64,000 bases of DNA. Source: Eledone cirrhosa. Taxonomy: Eukaryota. A program made the translations under genes and the position numbers. Location of the stretch: contig OZ024741.1 in the NCBI GenBank assembly GCA_964016885.1, positions 106,826,001 to 106,890,000 of the forward strand, read 5' to 3'. The notes beneath the pieces were generated by a model that did not search any database, was not told the DNA's origin, and worked only from the letters and a program-made list of their open reading frames with translations. The stretch's first letter is position 1. Each line of letters begins with the position of its first letter. Of the stretch, positions 43,045 to 57,636 are shown piece after piece.

Positions 43045-46000
43045 TTATCTCTTTCTCTTAATTTCGAGTATATTTTTTTGATCGGCCACCTTGCTGGTGG
43101 CAAGGTTGTAAAAGAAAAGAAATTGTCATCCCTTGAATCGCAAGAATGTTTTGCAAATTTTGAAGGTGCCAGCTATCGCAGCCATTTGTAGACTATGGAT
43201 TAGAGAGCTGCGCTCTGTGTCCGCAAATCCAAGTTCAGTTATACATTGGTCCAAGCGGGTTGGTATATAACCGGTAGTTTCAATAATGATGGGTATGAAG
43301 CTAAAGGTGTATCTTGGATACTGGATTTGTAAACTCCTCATCAATGGTCCGTAGATATCCTCCTTCTCTTGTATTTTTCTGACAACGTTTACATCAAGTG
43401 GGCAGCTGATCTCCACAACAGAACACGTTTTCAATGTGTGATCCCAAACAGCAATATCAGGCCGGTTGTGCTTTAATTTGGTGGCAGTTTTTATTTTCAG
43501 GTTCCACCAGTATTCCTTAGTGCCATCTGTCTCAATATATTCTTCCTCGTTTGTTGTTAATTTTATTTTCCGAAGTGCGTTCCAGATGGTTCTAGCTATC
43601 CCAACGTGTCTCATGGAGAGGTAGTTGCGAGATGACATTCTTTCGCAGCTGGCAACAATGTGGCTTACATCCTCGATCTTTGTTTTACATAGCCTACATT
43701 TATTGTCAGCTGATGTCCCTCTCCTTTTGTGCAGCAGATATTTGGTAGGGAGTTCTTGTTCCTGTATTGCATAGAGATATCCCTCAAGGTGTGATGTCAT
43801 AAACTTGTCGGAACTCCATGCCAGGCTTTGTGAGTGGTTTATCCCCTCTATGGTCTGTGTTTTACGTCTCAAATATCCATGCACAACTTTTTCTGTAAAT
43901 TGGTCAATTTTTTCATCTTGTTTGAACATTGAATAGGATCTTCCGATTTCTCTGGGTGAGAGATTTATATCATTTTATTCCATATCTCTCCTCCAGATCA
44001 GTCGCTATTCTAATGATATTTTTTTTTCATGCTCATAAAACTGGGCAAGATGGTTGCCAACCTTTTTCCTCTGTTGAAGATGTTGCTTCAGTGTTACTAT
44101 CCGGGTCTCATATGATGTTAATATGGATTTTAGACCCCAGCCACCTTCCTTGCGTGAGAAGTATAGCCTATCCACATCACCATTGATGTTAAGGTTCCCA
44201 GCAACACTGAGAAGTTTGCGAGTTCTAACATCCATCTCACTTAGTTCTTGCAATGACCAGTTCAGCAGGCCAAATGTTGGCGTTAGAATTGGCACAGCAT
44301 AAGTATTGTGGACAATGTATTTGTTGTACGCTGACAGTTCTGATGACCATATTTTCTTTACTATTCTAAGGTATTCAGTTCTGGTTCTCTCCTTATTTAT
44401 GGGTCCATCATATCTGCCATTCTCATCCTGTCCAAGATATCTGTAGTTGTCACCTGACTGTAGAGGTTGTATTGTCAGGCCGTTCATCTCTAGATTTCTA
44501 GAGGAGGGCACAGCTCTTCCACGTTTTACTGCCAAATATGTACACTTGGACTCACCAAATTTCATTTTGATGTCTGTTGAAAATTCTGTAATGAGGTCCA
44601 ATTGTTTCTTGATGTCATTGATATTTGGCCCATACAACTTCAGGTCATCAAAAACGAAAAGATGGGAGATACTTCTGGACCCACTTCTTTGTCCACCTTG
44701 TTTCCTGAGTAGGTAAGATAGTGGATTTAGTGAGAGAACGAAGAGTAGCACTGACAAGCTATCACCCTGAAAGATGCCCTTCTGGTAATGTATCTTATCA
44801 GTCTTAACTTGCTCCTTCTCACCTATAAGGATCAAATTGGTGTACCAGTTCTTGGTCAGACGTTCAACAGCAGCTACCAGTAGTTGTGGGACTTTGGCTA
44901 ACTGTAAAGCCTTAACAATCCACCCATGAGGTACACTATCAAATGCTTTTTGATAGTCCAGCCACACCACAGTCATGTTTCTGCGATTCATTGTTGTTTT
45001 TTCTTGAATCATTTTATTAGTTAGTAGGTGATCTATGCAACCCCAGACCTCCCTCTTTCCACCAGCTTGCTCAGGTGTTATGATGTTGTTGGTAGCACGG
45101 TGATCCTGTAAGAACAAGTTAAGGCACCCATTATATAATTTATACATGATGTTTTGGCACGCTATTGGGCGGTAATTTTTAGCAAGGGTGGTTTGGCTAT
45201 TTTGAGGAATGAGGAGAGTAGTGGCAGTTGATAACCATCTGGGTAGTTCTTGTGTGCCTTTAATGGTTTCTGTAAACAGCCGTATGAGATCTTGCCGATA
45301 GAAAGTGAAATTCTTCAACCAGTATCCTGTAATGAGGTCTGGGCCTGGTGATTTCCTATTCGACATCTTCTGTAGAGCTGTTTCCAGTATTGACCCATCT
45401 ATGTCATATTGTTTTGTCTGGATATGTTGGCAGTACTCCTGTTCCAGTTCTTTTAGCCAATTAGTTTGTCTGTTGAATCCGTCATCCGTTTCCCATACAT
45501 ATCTCCAGTAGCTCTCAACCTGTTCTTTTGAAGGGGTGTCATTTACAGAGATTGAGCTTTTGCCACCGAAGCTGCGATAAACTGATTTAGGATCTCTGGC
45601 AAACAATCTATTTAGCACTTGTCGTTTATGTGCTGTTGACTTATATTTTAGTCTTTTTGTTGTAGCTGTGAGTTGTTGTTTCAACTGGTGTAATTGGAGT
45701 TTAAAGTTTTAAATTTTGTATCTCCAAATCGTCTCTCTAACTTTCTTTAGGTCTTCCTGGTGTTGTGTGAAGTTGCTCTCCATGTTGCATTTCATAACGA
45801 CTGCGATGTGTGAGATACTTCGTCTCAGGGACAAAATTTTGCTTTTTAAATTTCGCATCCACGCTGGTTCAGGCTTTTTGTTTGTATCTTGATTGCGTGG
45901 TTTTATATGTTTGTTATATGATAGCAATGTGACAGCTGAAACATATAACAAAATGTTAAGCGTTTCAAATGTCGTTTCTACACCTTTAGATCGTATAGCC

Positions 46001-46071
46001 TTCAGATAATTGTCAGCTATTTCGTTCACTTCCAATTCCAATTTAGTGGGTTTTTTACTGATTCTGGTGTT
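43045..46071 (-). mobile_element. Decayed, 5'-truncated RLE-type (R4/Dong-like) non-LTR retrotransposon
   Basis: ORF pieces 45709-46070, 44005-45684 (KSPGPD, YRPIAC, GIFQGDSLS, FDDLKLY) and 43126-43929 (CRLC..H..C, RPDIAVWD, EISCP); (TATG)n at both ends. Confidence 0.9.
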
Positions 46072-46304
46072 GTATGTATGTATGTATGTGAACGTAGATA
46101 TTTTGCCGACAAACAAGGAGTTTATGAATCAACAATTAATCACGGGTAATTTAGTTCTACAAATATTTCATGTCACACAACTGCAAACGGTAATATCAGT
46201 GCTTGGAGTACTAAATGGATATGGCGTTACGCCTCCTATAGACTAACTTATAGCAGACCTTTGACGTGCTATCAACCATAATAATACACCATGTTTATTT
46301 GTAC

Positions 46305-46374
<70 letters not shown>

Positions 46375-46552
46375 GTCTGAAGTGATTTAAAATTTACGCA
46401 TACAAACATAAACACACACACACACACACAATGCATTTTCTTATCTCAGTCAGGGTTCCACGATTAGAAGTTGAATTTCCAATCATAAGGTCCTAAATTT
46501 AACCTTACGCTAGTTATTTTTTCAAAGATACTGGTACATTTAATTCTGTATG

Positions 46553-46675
<123 letters not shown>

Positions 46676-47889
46676 TTAAAATACTATTCTCTTTAATCAC
46701 ATGTCAGTAATGAACATAAACTATAGAGTTTCTAATGGGGAGGGCGAGAGGGATGGAGGCAATAACAGTGGGAGTTCGGCTCTTCCGTGTTCGGACACAT
46801 TGGTAAGCACTTGGATTTTGGTTTGTTTCTGGTTGCTCATCAACTGATGACCAGGAAAGTTAGCTTTTGTATATAGATGTTATGCGTGTATGTTTGAGGC
46901 ATACACATATGTTAAGGGCCTCAAATTTAAATAAATAATTAAATCAGTCATTCATTTATCAGGGCACAATTTTCAAGTTTGTAATGTTTGTTCATATATC
47001 CAGTAATCCTGGTTTATATGTCATACCAATGCTAGACTCTAAACACTAAATACGTTTAACACTATTGCCATCATTATAGACAACACTAGTCCCCGAATCC
47101 AGGTATTTATGATATATTAATACTGGACTCCAAAAATTGAATACATTGAACACTATTTCTGTCATTACTGCGGGGACTAGACCACTAGTCCTGATATATA
47201 TGACATACTAATCCTGTACTACACAAATTGAATACAGTTAACGCTATTGCTCTCATCATTGGCGACACAAGTCCCCTAGTAATATATATAGAACATACCG
47301 TTCTCATAACAACAAATTCCCGAAGGACTTCTCGATTGCATGGAGAACCGTGGAAATAATTATAATGATTAAACGATTTATGTAACCTCAGCATCTTATT
47401 TTGTTATTTTATATAGAACAATATATATAGAATAGAACAGCAACAATAATGGCAACTCAAGCAAAGGCCCATTTCATTTCTTCTTCCTGAGGAGTAGACT
47501 TGATTCTCCAGCATTATATATAAACACCAAATCGTCAAATATATACGATCCAACGCGGGTACCCTTTAAGAAAATTAAGCTGCCTCTTTACCAACCCCCG
47601 CCCTTAAATATCCAATGTATATATGTTACAAAGCCTTTATATGATTATAACTTTAGTTTTAGCCAATCCTGAATGAATAAATATGCGCACATACATGCTA
47701 GTATACACACACACACACACATATATATACATATAATATAACGCTACGTTATATATATATATATATATATGTATATATAGGTCGCAGGGCAAATATTAGA
47801 GCACCCCAAATCTTTCTAATATAGACACATTCTATCCTAAGAATCGAGTACTGTGTTGAACAATGGTATAACTGGTTTAATCCTATTAT

Positions 47890-47951
<62 letters not shown>

Positions 47952-48020
47952 AAAAAGAGATGAAATCGAAAATGCAACTGAAGTCTTATTTTTTTTAAAA
48001 ATATATATATTTATTTGGTT

Positions 48021-48058
48021 CCTTTACCGGTTTCGCAGTTCTTCTGCTTTTCAAAAGG
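48021..48058 (-). ncRNA. Second copy of the U3-A8 minimal hammerhead
   Basis: Reverse complement of 28125-28162 within a (TA)n-flanked element 47946-48096. Confidence 0.7.
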
Positions 48059-48093
48059 TGAGTTGAGATGGAGGGTCTGTGGTTTTTCTCACA

Positions 48094-48137
<44 letters not shown>

Positions 48138-48381
48138 TTGCGAGGTTTTTGATATGAAATCGTGTGTCGAAACAAATATTGTTATACTTGGGGAGGGTCA
48201 TATTTGTGTAATAAATAGAATTAATAACAGAACACACTCACTGTTTGGTTGGTTTTCGCTTCAGTGCGCATGCGTTTGCGTGTGTGTATAGTGTTTAGGT
48301 GACTGTGTATTGGTTATTGTATTCTATCTTAGTTTACTAGTGTGTTTATATGTGTTTTTGTTATTGTGGTTGTGTATGTAT

Positions 48382-48412
<31 letters not shown>

Positions 48413-48429
48413 TTTTTTATTTTATTTAT

Positions 48430-48652
48430 ACTTCTCTTAGGTCAGCATTGTTTGTTTGGGTGTTGTTGTTATTCCCTTCATTTTTTCTGTTTAGCCTTGG
48501 CCTTCTAAGTTCTATTTCGCTGGCCTCTCTGATTTGCCTATCTGCTGGGTCATTTCTACGTTTAGATATTATTTTAATTTCTATGTTGTCTATGTTACCG
48601 TCGTGTTGTTGTCTGGCATGTTCGTATAGTTCGTATATACGAATGTCTGTAT
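48430..48652 (-). pseudogene. GIY-YIG C-terminal fragment of another PLE
   Basis: Minus strand ELYEHARQQH..IKII..DRQIREASEIELRRPRLNRKNE. Confidence 0.55.
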
Positions 48653-48683
48653 ATGTGTATGTCTGTGTGAGTTAGCGTGTGTG

Positions 48684-48743
<60 letters not shown>

Positions 48744-48794
48744 GAAAAGGTGGAGAATAATATGGTCAACAGTACAAAAAAGGGGATTTATTTG

Positions 48795-48904
48795 CAGTTT
48801 AACAATTGTTTCACTGATAGAGTTATCTAAAAATTTCTGAACACTAAAAATAGTGCCACTCATTTTTAAATACGATGTTAACTCCATTAGATCATCGGAA
48901 ACTG
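48795..48904 (-). ncRNA. Type I hammerhead with CCGATGA core, very long stem II and palindromic AATT loop III (sister at 50503-50605 +)
   Basis: CAGTTT-CCGATGA-t.CTAATGGAGTTA..TAACTCTATCAG.t-GAAAC AATT GTT^AAACTG. Confidence 0.68.
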
Positions 48905-48996
48905 TTAAAAAAATATATATGTAACGGGCAAATTTACAAATTCAAATTACATTATCAATAATAATATTAAACGTTACAATATCAATAATAATATTA

Positions 48997-49069
48997 AACG
49001 TGACATCAGAACTAAGGGCAGTTAATCGACTGCCTTCACAGTCGACGCTAGATGGCGTGATCTTCTACA
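48997..49069 (-). mobile_element. Fragment of the same Gypsy LTR family (terminal 73 bp)
   Basis: tcagaactaagggcagttaatcgactgccttcacagtcgacgctagatggcgtgatcttctaca matches the LTR end at about 19990-20060. Confidence 0.9.
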
Positions 49070-50823
49070 ATAACTCTAATCCCCCTCGATCCATAATTAA
49101 CTCCACAGCACATAGTATACCCCTTAGAACTTAGAATATCGCGCCCATCCACTAACATAGAAATTTTTAATGAACACGCTAACTACTACAACATAGCTTT
49201 ACTTAAGGCAGGCCATAAAGAGAGACTCAAATACATACCAGATACAAAAAATAACAACACACTTAATATTAATAGCACCATCCACACCTATAGAAACAAC
49301 AAACCTAGGACTAAACATAAAAATTGGCAACAAGCACGTAAATTAAAGGACCAGAATACTAATACAAAGACCACTAATAACTATAGAAGATAAAGAAATA
49401 GAAACTACTTATGGTTCAATCCAATGTTTAACTCCTCTATAAAAACTAAGTTACCTTCCACTTTCTTCAAATTAGTTGACAGACATTTCCCTAAAATTCA
49501 TAAATATCATAAAATCTTTAATAGACTAACAGGAATCTCTCAAAGACAATGACTCTCGCCAATAACATCTGGCAACTTAAAGATGCAAACATGGAATATA
49601 AAATCAGCTGGACAAAGTTATGAAAAGCAAAGGCCTATAAAATTGGTATGTCCCACTGTGGTCTCTGTAATATGGAAATTTTCCAAATTTTAAATTACAA
49701 CAAAATTCTTCTTAACAGTAAAATTGAAAAAAACATTTTTTGTCGACATAAATCGGCGACTAAATTTGAGAACTTTAGACCAGCTTAATTCCATCTTATC
49801 TATTCTATAACCCATATTGTACTACTTGGATCTATTATGATATCACATTACCAACATCATCATCATTATAATTATAATTATAATTATAATTGTCATCATC
49901 TATCAAAGAACAACATCAAAAACTCTTATATTTACATTCTTATTTTATATATCACTATTTTTCATTTTTCACTCTTTATCTTAATATTTCCCTCCCTAAA
50001 TTTATTTCATCTCCGTCATTTTATTTTATCATATAATATAACTTAAAATTAATTAATTAATTTATTTATTAAAATAACCAATACACACATAAATATATTT
50101 AACATTATCATATTTTCAGCATTTTTTCATATATTTTTATATAACTATTTTTACTTTTATTTACATTTATTCATGCATTAACGTTTATTCATCTATCTGT
50201 TCCTCTATTCTTCTTTCTATCCTACGTTATTCTTACTTATGTTTATCTTTCATCTATATACCATCATCTTCTATATATCTTCCTCTCTTTATATTTCTAT
50301 CTATAATAATTTCTCCTTTTCTTCTTCTTTCTCTTTTTCTTTTGCTTTTTCCTTCTTCTTCTTTCTCCTTCCTTTGCTTTCTTTCTTTACTGTCTCTATC
50401 TCCATTTCTTCCTCCTTTTCTCTCTATATCTTTATTATTAATATTATTATCGATGATGTAATTTGAATTTGTAAATTTGCCGGTTACATATAATTTTTTT
50501 AACAGTTTCCGATGATTTAATGATCATCGTATTTAAAACAGTGGCACTGTTTTTAGTGTTCAGCAATTTTTAGACAACTCTATCAGTGAAACAATTGTTA
50601 GACTGCAAATAAATCCCCTTTTTTGTACTGTTAACCATGTTATTTTCCACTTTTTCAATTTTATTACTCCAAGATAAACTTACATGGGAATACAAGTGAA
50701 ATCATAAACTCCTCATCTACATAAACCTCTTGTTGAGTCATGCAACGCCGTACGCTAAAACTATCCATAATAAGATGTATTCACAACCTCTAATTGGATT
50801 AGCTATAACGGTATTTTGTTATC

Positions 50824-50895
<72 letters not shown>

Positions 50896-50897
<2 letters not shown>

Positions 50898-51056
50898 TTA
50901 ATAGAGAAGAGCTTCTACAACACAAGTACTGCTTCATTCGTGAGAAATCATCAGGAATCTGACTGTCCAAGTAAATTTGGTGTTATTTATATCATTTCTG
51001 GTGGTATATATATATGTATGTGTGTATATGTGTATAAGTGTGTATGTATATATATG

Positions 51057-51121
<65 letters not shown>

Positions 51122-51136
51122 ATGTGTGTGTGTGTG

Positions 51137-51223
<87 letters not shown>

Positions 51224-51845
51224 ATGAATGTGCTTGTATACACCTGAAATATAGCTTAAGAGAAACTTGACAATAAGGAGGGGCACCCAAAATTTGAACT
51301 TGTTTATAGAATTATTTCTGCCTTTGTCACTATAAGTAGAGCTTTAAAGAATTAGTTTTTAAAGAATTCCCTTTTCATTCAACCAATGACCCCCACCCAT
51401 CCCACTCCCCACCCTCTCCTACCACCAGAAAACCCACCAACCATGACTGACCTCCACCTATCTTGTAGACACCTGAAATATAGGCATTGTTAGCTTAAGA
51501 GAAACTTAAAAATAAGGAGTGGCACTCCAATTTGAACTTGTTTATAGAATTCTTTCTGCCTTTGTCACTCTAAATATAAATTATAGCTTTAAAGAATTAG
51601 CTTTTAAAGAAATCTCTTTTCTTTCAACCAATGACCTCCACCCATCCCACTCGCCACCCTCTCCTACCACCAGAAAAGATATAAATACCACCGAATTTAC
51701 TTGGACAGTCAGCTTCCTGATGATTTCTCACGAATGAAATACTTCTGGTCCTGTAGAAGCTCTTCTATATTAACACTTTTATACTCTGCTATATATTGAG
51801 TACCTTACTTACTGTGGTTACCTCCGATTCAACACGGAATAACTT
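50896..51845 (+). mobile_element. Longest family A copy: 5' inverted arm, internal about 230-bp duplication, HHR at 51711-51761
   Basis: 50896-51006 inverted against 51665-51773; 51233-51432 similar to 51462-51676; AGCTTC-CTGATGA..GAAAT..CTGTA^GAAGCT. Confidence 0.75.
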
Positions 51846-51912
51846 ATCACAATCTATCATACATGCAACGTTTGAAACCAAAGGTAGCAACTTTTATGTG
51901 TTGAAGACATAA

Positions 51913-51996
<84 letters not shown>

Positions 51997-52104
51997 TTGT
52001 GTGTGTGTGTATGGGTGTGTGTGAGTTTATGTATATATATGTATATAGATACATACACACACGCACGCACACACACCAATATATATATATATATTACCCA
52101 CACC

Positions 52105-52141
<37 letters not shown>

Positions 52142-54808
52142 TATATACACACATGCACACGCACACGGACATACACACGTTCATGTATATACACAAATAT
52201 AAAGCACTACGAGATATTAAACATAATAACAGCCATTAAGACGGCCACTCCTATAGCACATTTATAATATAATTGACTCTTATATAATATAATATAATAC
52301 ATAATATAATAATATAATATAATATAGTTAATGAAAGCGTAGGTTTCTGTGAAAGACTATGACGCCATTAACTGTCTGCAATGTGGACAATACAGTAAGT
52401 GTTGCCATAAATAGGGAGGTCTCTTATTTAGTTTTTTTAAAAATAGAATAAAAAAGACTTTAACATATACCACAAGACATTTTGACCGACGCTCTTCCAC
52501 TTTCTCTTTTTGTCCACCACCACCACCTTCACTTTCTTCTTCTTCTTCTTCTTCTTCTTCTAATCTCCATATGGGTTACGTGGCTTACACTTTCTTATAA
52601 GTTTGCTTGTATTATATCCTTCGATACCGGGTTCGATTATTCTGTTAATTATGAAAGAGTAATTTATTCGTATTTTTTTTTTGCCTTAATTTCATTCAAG
52701 CTCTTTCCTAAAGAAAGATTCAATGTGCCGGTTTCTAGCTAAGAAGTTTACCCATGAATACTTTCGCTCTACTTCTATCCATACTCCATGTACATTTTTA
52801 AAATAACACAATGGATCTCTTTTATATTGTTACATAAAGTTAGTGTAATATATATATCACTTCCTGTTTTCTATATCCATCTAGCCATATACTCGTGTTT
52901 ATGTCACTCACCTTTCTCACAAAAACATCGCCTTAAACACAATCATACAATTTATCTAGTGAAACTACGACTAACAAAACATCATTTACGTTAATTGTTG
53001 TTTAGATGTGAGATAGATGAATGGATAGTGTGCTTGTGAGTTCAAATTTGCTGCTGATGTACGAACATTACTGGGTATATTTTATAGTTTACATTACACT
53101 TAGTGGATAAACAGGTTCCAGCACACCAATCTCTGTTCCACGGCATCTTCTAAACCGCATCCAGATAAGGGCCCCCACGTCTGATAGGCACACAGACTCA
53201 CAGACACACTCCAGCCTGAGGCCTACAGTTCTTCTGTCTTCTTTCTTTGACTTTTCAAACCGCAACTACAATGTTCTCTGCTCCTCGGAACTGGTTGATA
53301 CATCCCAGCCTCATAGATCTCTCATCCTGCTACACTTCCTACACTTTTATCACCGGTATCTGCCCCTTCCCGACTAAACACTTCACCTAGTCATTCCGTG
53401 ACAAAAGTCGCTCTTTTCCTACCCCGCACATGTTTTTACTGCAAGAGTCGACGTGTAACAATCGAAATTGAGGAAACCATATCTATATGAGTACTCGATA
53501 CATATAAATTGTAGTTAATATAGAGAATATACTTTCAGCTTAACAACGAAATTTCATTGAGGAAATTATACATGTTGTGGACAACTATAGAGATAAAAAA
53601 AAAGATAAAATGGGGATGATAAACAAGTGCATTACTGGTACTTTCTTTTATCGACTCCGTAAGAATGAGAAGAGCAAAGCTAACTTTGGTGCGATTGGAA
53701 CTCAGAACGTAAAGGATCCTAACTTTTTTCCATTCTGAAATACTGGTTTCTGATTTAGGCACGAGGTTAACAATTTTTGGGGAGGGGAAAGTCGATTAAC
53801 CTTTTTTACATTCTAAAATAATAATGTGGTGTATGCGTGTAAACATAGGTAAGCTGTTAGGAAGTAACCATTTTAATCATGAGATCTTGCATGAATCAAT
53901 AAATAAACTGTTTGTTGACGATAAAGTTTAATATAGAGATCCGAACCCGCAACCAGTGAAGCAGGAAGTCTATATAAAGTCGATTCACCGATATTACTGT
54001 ATCTTCTGTGTCAAACATATGGCCAGATAAAGTGCAACAGTGTTGCTGAATATGTTATGAAAAATATACTTTTCTGAAGAGTTATGCCTGTCTGAACTGA
54101 CATATCTTTCAGTGTTTCTTAAATAGCCACCCGACACCTACACTACCCCAGGGTCGAATGCACATCTTTCACATATAAATACGTTGCATTTTAACCGACA
54201 ACTCATACGAAAACTGAAATGGAGGAATTAAGAACATCTTTCAAAGATATATGAAAGCTACAGTTCTTTAAATAATAGCTTACTCGAGCGGAACAACATC
54301 CGATTTACGCTTTTCTTCCGACAAATTAAATTTTTGGTTTTCCTGTTCTTTTATTTTTTGTTTTGTTTCATATGCTTTTACTTTCTCTCCAATATTTATC
54401 TTTCTCTTATATATTTTTCTTTCTTTTATCATTTATTTCACCGCCTATCGGATCTTCTTAGTATGTTATTCCGTCAGTTTTTCGATCGTTTTCTTCAGTT
54501 GTCTTTTTATAGAGCATTAATCACTCTTCATTGGTTCTGTCAGCTAACTGCCAGTCAACTATAGACTGATGTACCTGGAACCTTCCACTCTGTCAATCAT
54601 TCTTTCCTCCAGAGCTCCAGCTCTTTTAGCCATGCTGTGGAGATATTATCTATATTTAATTCAGTTACTAGTACCATTCTGTAATATTTAGTAACTAAAT
54701 AAAGAATATAACATACTAATGAATTAAGTGCGTGTACGTACAAACGTTCTTCTCGTGAAGACATACAGAGAGAGAGAGAGAGAGAGATACACAAACACAC
54801 ACAAAACT

Positions 54809-55164
<356 letters not shown>

Positions 55165-55167
55165 TAG

Positions 55168-56371
<1,204 letters not shown>

Positions 56372-56675
56372 GGAAAAAATGAAACGTAATTTCATTTCCC
56401 ACTCTTAGTACGGCTGTTACAGTGAATCCATACGTACATATATATATGTGTGCATGTATGTATATATATATACATACTACTGTACGTCTGTATACATATA
56501 TGTATGTACGTGTACAGCCGTACTAAGAGTGGGAAATGAAATTTCGTTTCATTTTTTCCGTTTATCGTTTTCGGTGCACCCGGCCGATTAACCCACTCGA
56601 TATGCAAATTGGGCTACTCAGCCGTTAATATGCATAAGGTAAGTATATACGTTCAACAATCTGGCAGGAAGGTAT

Positions 56676-56718
56676 ACGTTGCTGACGATAGCTAATAAGC
56701 TTGAAACTAGTACAGCGT
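56676..56718 (+). ncRNA. Minimal type I hammerhead ribozyme
   Basis: ACGTTG-CTGACGA-t.AGCT aata AGCT.t-GAAAC TA GTA^CAGCGT. Confidence 0.85.
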
Positions 56719-57095
56719 TTCTTTGTCAGTGTTGAACAAACGAGCCACGATGGTTGCTGGACACTACGGCTTAATACGGGATGTTTGTTTACAAACATAC
56801 CGAGCATTATAATAAATGTTCGGTGAATCCATACGTACATATATATATGCGTGCATGTATGTATATATATATATATACTACTGTACGTCTGTATACATAT
56901 ATGTATGTACGTGTACATACTTATATTTAAGTAACAGCCGTACTAAGAGTGGGAAATGAAATTACGTTTCATTTTTTCCGTTTATCGTTTTCAGTGCACC
57001 CGGCCGATTAACCCACTCGATATGCAAATTGGGCTACTCAGCCGTTAAAATGCATAAGGTAAGTATATACGTTCAACAATCTGGCAGGACGGTAT

Positions 57096-57138
57096 ACGTT
57101 GCTGACGATAGCTAATAAGCTTGAAACTAGTACAGCGT
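57096..57138 (+). ncRNA. Minimal type I hammerhead ribozyme, second tandem copy
   Basis: Identical to 56676-56718. Confidence 0.85.
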
Positions 57139-57636
57139 TCCTTTGTCAGTGTTGAACAAACGAGCAACGATGGTTGCTGGACACTACGGCTTAATACGGG
57201 ATGTTTGTTTACAAGCACACCGAGCATTATAATAAATGTTCGGTGAATCCATACGTACATATACATATGTGTGCATGTATGTATATATATACTACTGTAC
57301 GTCTGTATACATATATGTATGTACGTGTACATACTTATATATATATACATATATTTATATATTTATTAAAATAACAGATTAAAGTTTAATCAAAGAATCA
57401 CTGCTTTCACCCTTAACAGGTAGGGTTAATAAGCCGAATAGAGGGGTTGTTGGCGAAATTGGGTTTGTGATCCTTCAGAGTAAAATGGGGAGAAAAAGGT
57501 CCAGAGGTTCAGTCCGGTCCTGGATGTTGAGTTCAGAGGTGACTTTAAACCTACCCTCTTTGGATTTTAGTCTTCAAATTTATTATTATTACTATTTGGC
57601 TCCCTCGGTTGAGCACTCTATTGAATTATATTCATC

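Larger units (their letters stand above)
48736..50827 (+). mobile_element. Second Nematis-like PLE with inverted pseudo-LTRs and decayed ORF 3' part
   Basis: 48736-48970 inverted against about 50438-50664; LWFNPMFN..VDRHFPKIHKYHKIFNR (about 49400-49525) and NIWQLKD..KISW..CGLCNME..LLNSK..CRH (about 49555-49790); tail to (TA)n. Confidence 0.82.
56367..57345 (+). mobile_element. Non-coding 420-bp tandem unit (about 2.2 copies) with one hammerhead per unit and a 5' inverted segment; retrozyme-like or non-autonomous PLE
   Basis: Lines 56521-56820 match 56941-57240 at exact offset 420; 56367-56420 is the reverse complement of 56931-56984; (TA)n flanks. Confidence 0.85.
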
